In this document: piece after piece, positions 63,117 through 64,000 of the stretch | Layout: each line of letters opens with the position of its first letter | Numbering within the stretch: position 1 is the stretch's first letter | Source: Podarcis bocagei | Taxonomy: Eukaryota | Direction: 5' to 3' (one strand) | NCBI GenBank assembly: GCA_964188305.1 | Contig: OZ076886.1 | DNA: 64,000 bases | Program-made: the position numbers and the translations under genes | Notes under the pieces: model-generated | Told to the model about the DNA's origin: nothing | Database searches by the model: none | What the model saw: the letters and a program-made list of their open reading frames with translations, nothing else

Positions 63117-63676
63117 CCATATTTTTCGCCCCATAAGACACACTTGACCATAAGATGCACCTAGTTTTTAGAGGAGGAAAACAAGAAAAAAATATTCTGA
63201 ACGAAACAATGGATGTATGATTTTTGTGGTTCATCCTGTGGCCACAGACATGATATGTGATTTGACGGTGAGTTTGGGGTTACCCAATGCAAAAATCCTG
63301 AGGAACCAGGTGGATCCGTAATTTGTAACCACGTTTTTGCACCATTGCGGCCCCACGAAACAGTGCATGCATTTTTTTTTGGTGCAGGCTGTAGCCATGG
63401 ACATGCTATGTGATCTGATGGTGAATTTGGCGTGACCCAGTGCAAAAATCCTGAGGATCCATGTGCTTTTACCTTCTCCCTCCCAGGCAGCCTCCTTTAT
63501 CTCTAGAATCCCTTATCTCCCTCCCAATCCCTTGCCGATCAGTTGCTCAGTGGCTTTGTTTCAACACCCCCTTCCCTCTTTCTAAAAAAAGAAGAAGCAT
63601 GATCTGCTTTTTGCCCCTGGGCAATTTGGCTCCAGGGACCACGCATTCGCTCCATAAGATGCACAGACTTTTCCCC
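63117..63676. mobile_element. Truncated Tc2/pogo-like element followed by a Sauria SINE fragment (63677-63743)
   Basis: Left TIR TA|CCATATTTTTCGCCCCATAAGAC is related to the 23712 element; internal direct repeat ~63240-63305 vs ~63393-63458. Confidence 0.7.
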
Positions 63677-64000
63677 AGAGCAGCGCACGGAAATGCCGTT
63701 TACCTTCCCACCAGAGCAGTACCTATTTATCTACTTGCACTTTTAAATATAAATATGTATGTCCTGGATAGGATAAAGAAAACATTTTGAGAATTGCACA
63801 GGATCCAGAGGAAAATCAGTATTTTATCACACATTATGTAAACAGTCTGTGGAACTCACTACAACAGAATCTGCCTAGATCAACAAGTTCAGCTCCAATT
63901 AAAATATGCCAGCAGAGATAATATGATTTAAAGGTGGTGTTCATATTGGACAAAATGCTTAGAAATGATAACTAGATTTTTCATTGGCTCCCCTCCAAAT

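Overview
Vertebrate (squamate) genomic DNA, most likely from a lacertid lizard. The inference rests on Sauria SINEs, BovB/RTE, CR1, L1 and L2 LINEs and many hAT and Tc1/mariner MITEs. I find no host protein-coding exon that I can support, so the window looks intronic or intergenic. The ORFs I can interpret are retroelement-derived, and most of the others look like chance ORFs. There are no prokaryotic features such as CRISPR arrays or operons. The most notable observations are: (i) a 1.8-kb poly(A)-tailed, CpG-rich retroposon with a single ORF and no RT, sharing 3' motifs with an L1 in the window (HAL1-like); (ii) two TSD-flanked LINE insertions with unusual priming products, one twin-priming inversion and one tail-less internal fragment; (iii) a compact IRF-ETS-NF-kB-TATA-IRF module near 21.6 kb, next to a Z-DNA-prone tract and a candidate non-coding exon; (iv) a tandem pair of palindromic RFX X-boxes near 55.4 kb; (v) a pre-miRNA-sized hairpin at 43.86 kb; (vi) a 252-bp tandem duplication and a 30-kb-distant copy of a transposon junction. 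Family names come from recalled consensus motifs, not from database searches. I cannot demonstrate a new biological system here; the findings are candidates.
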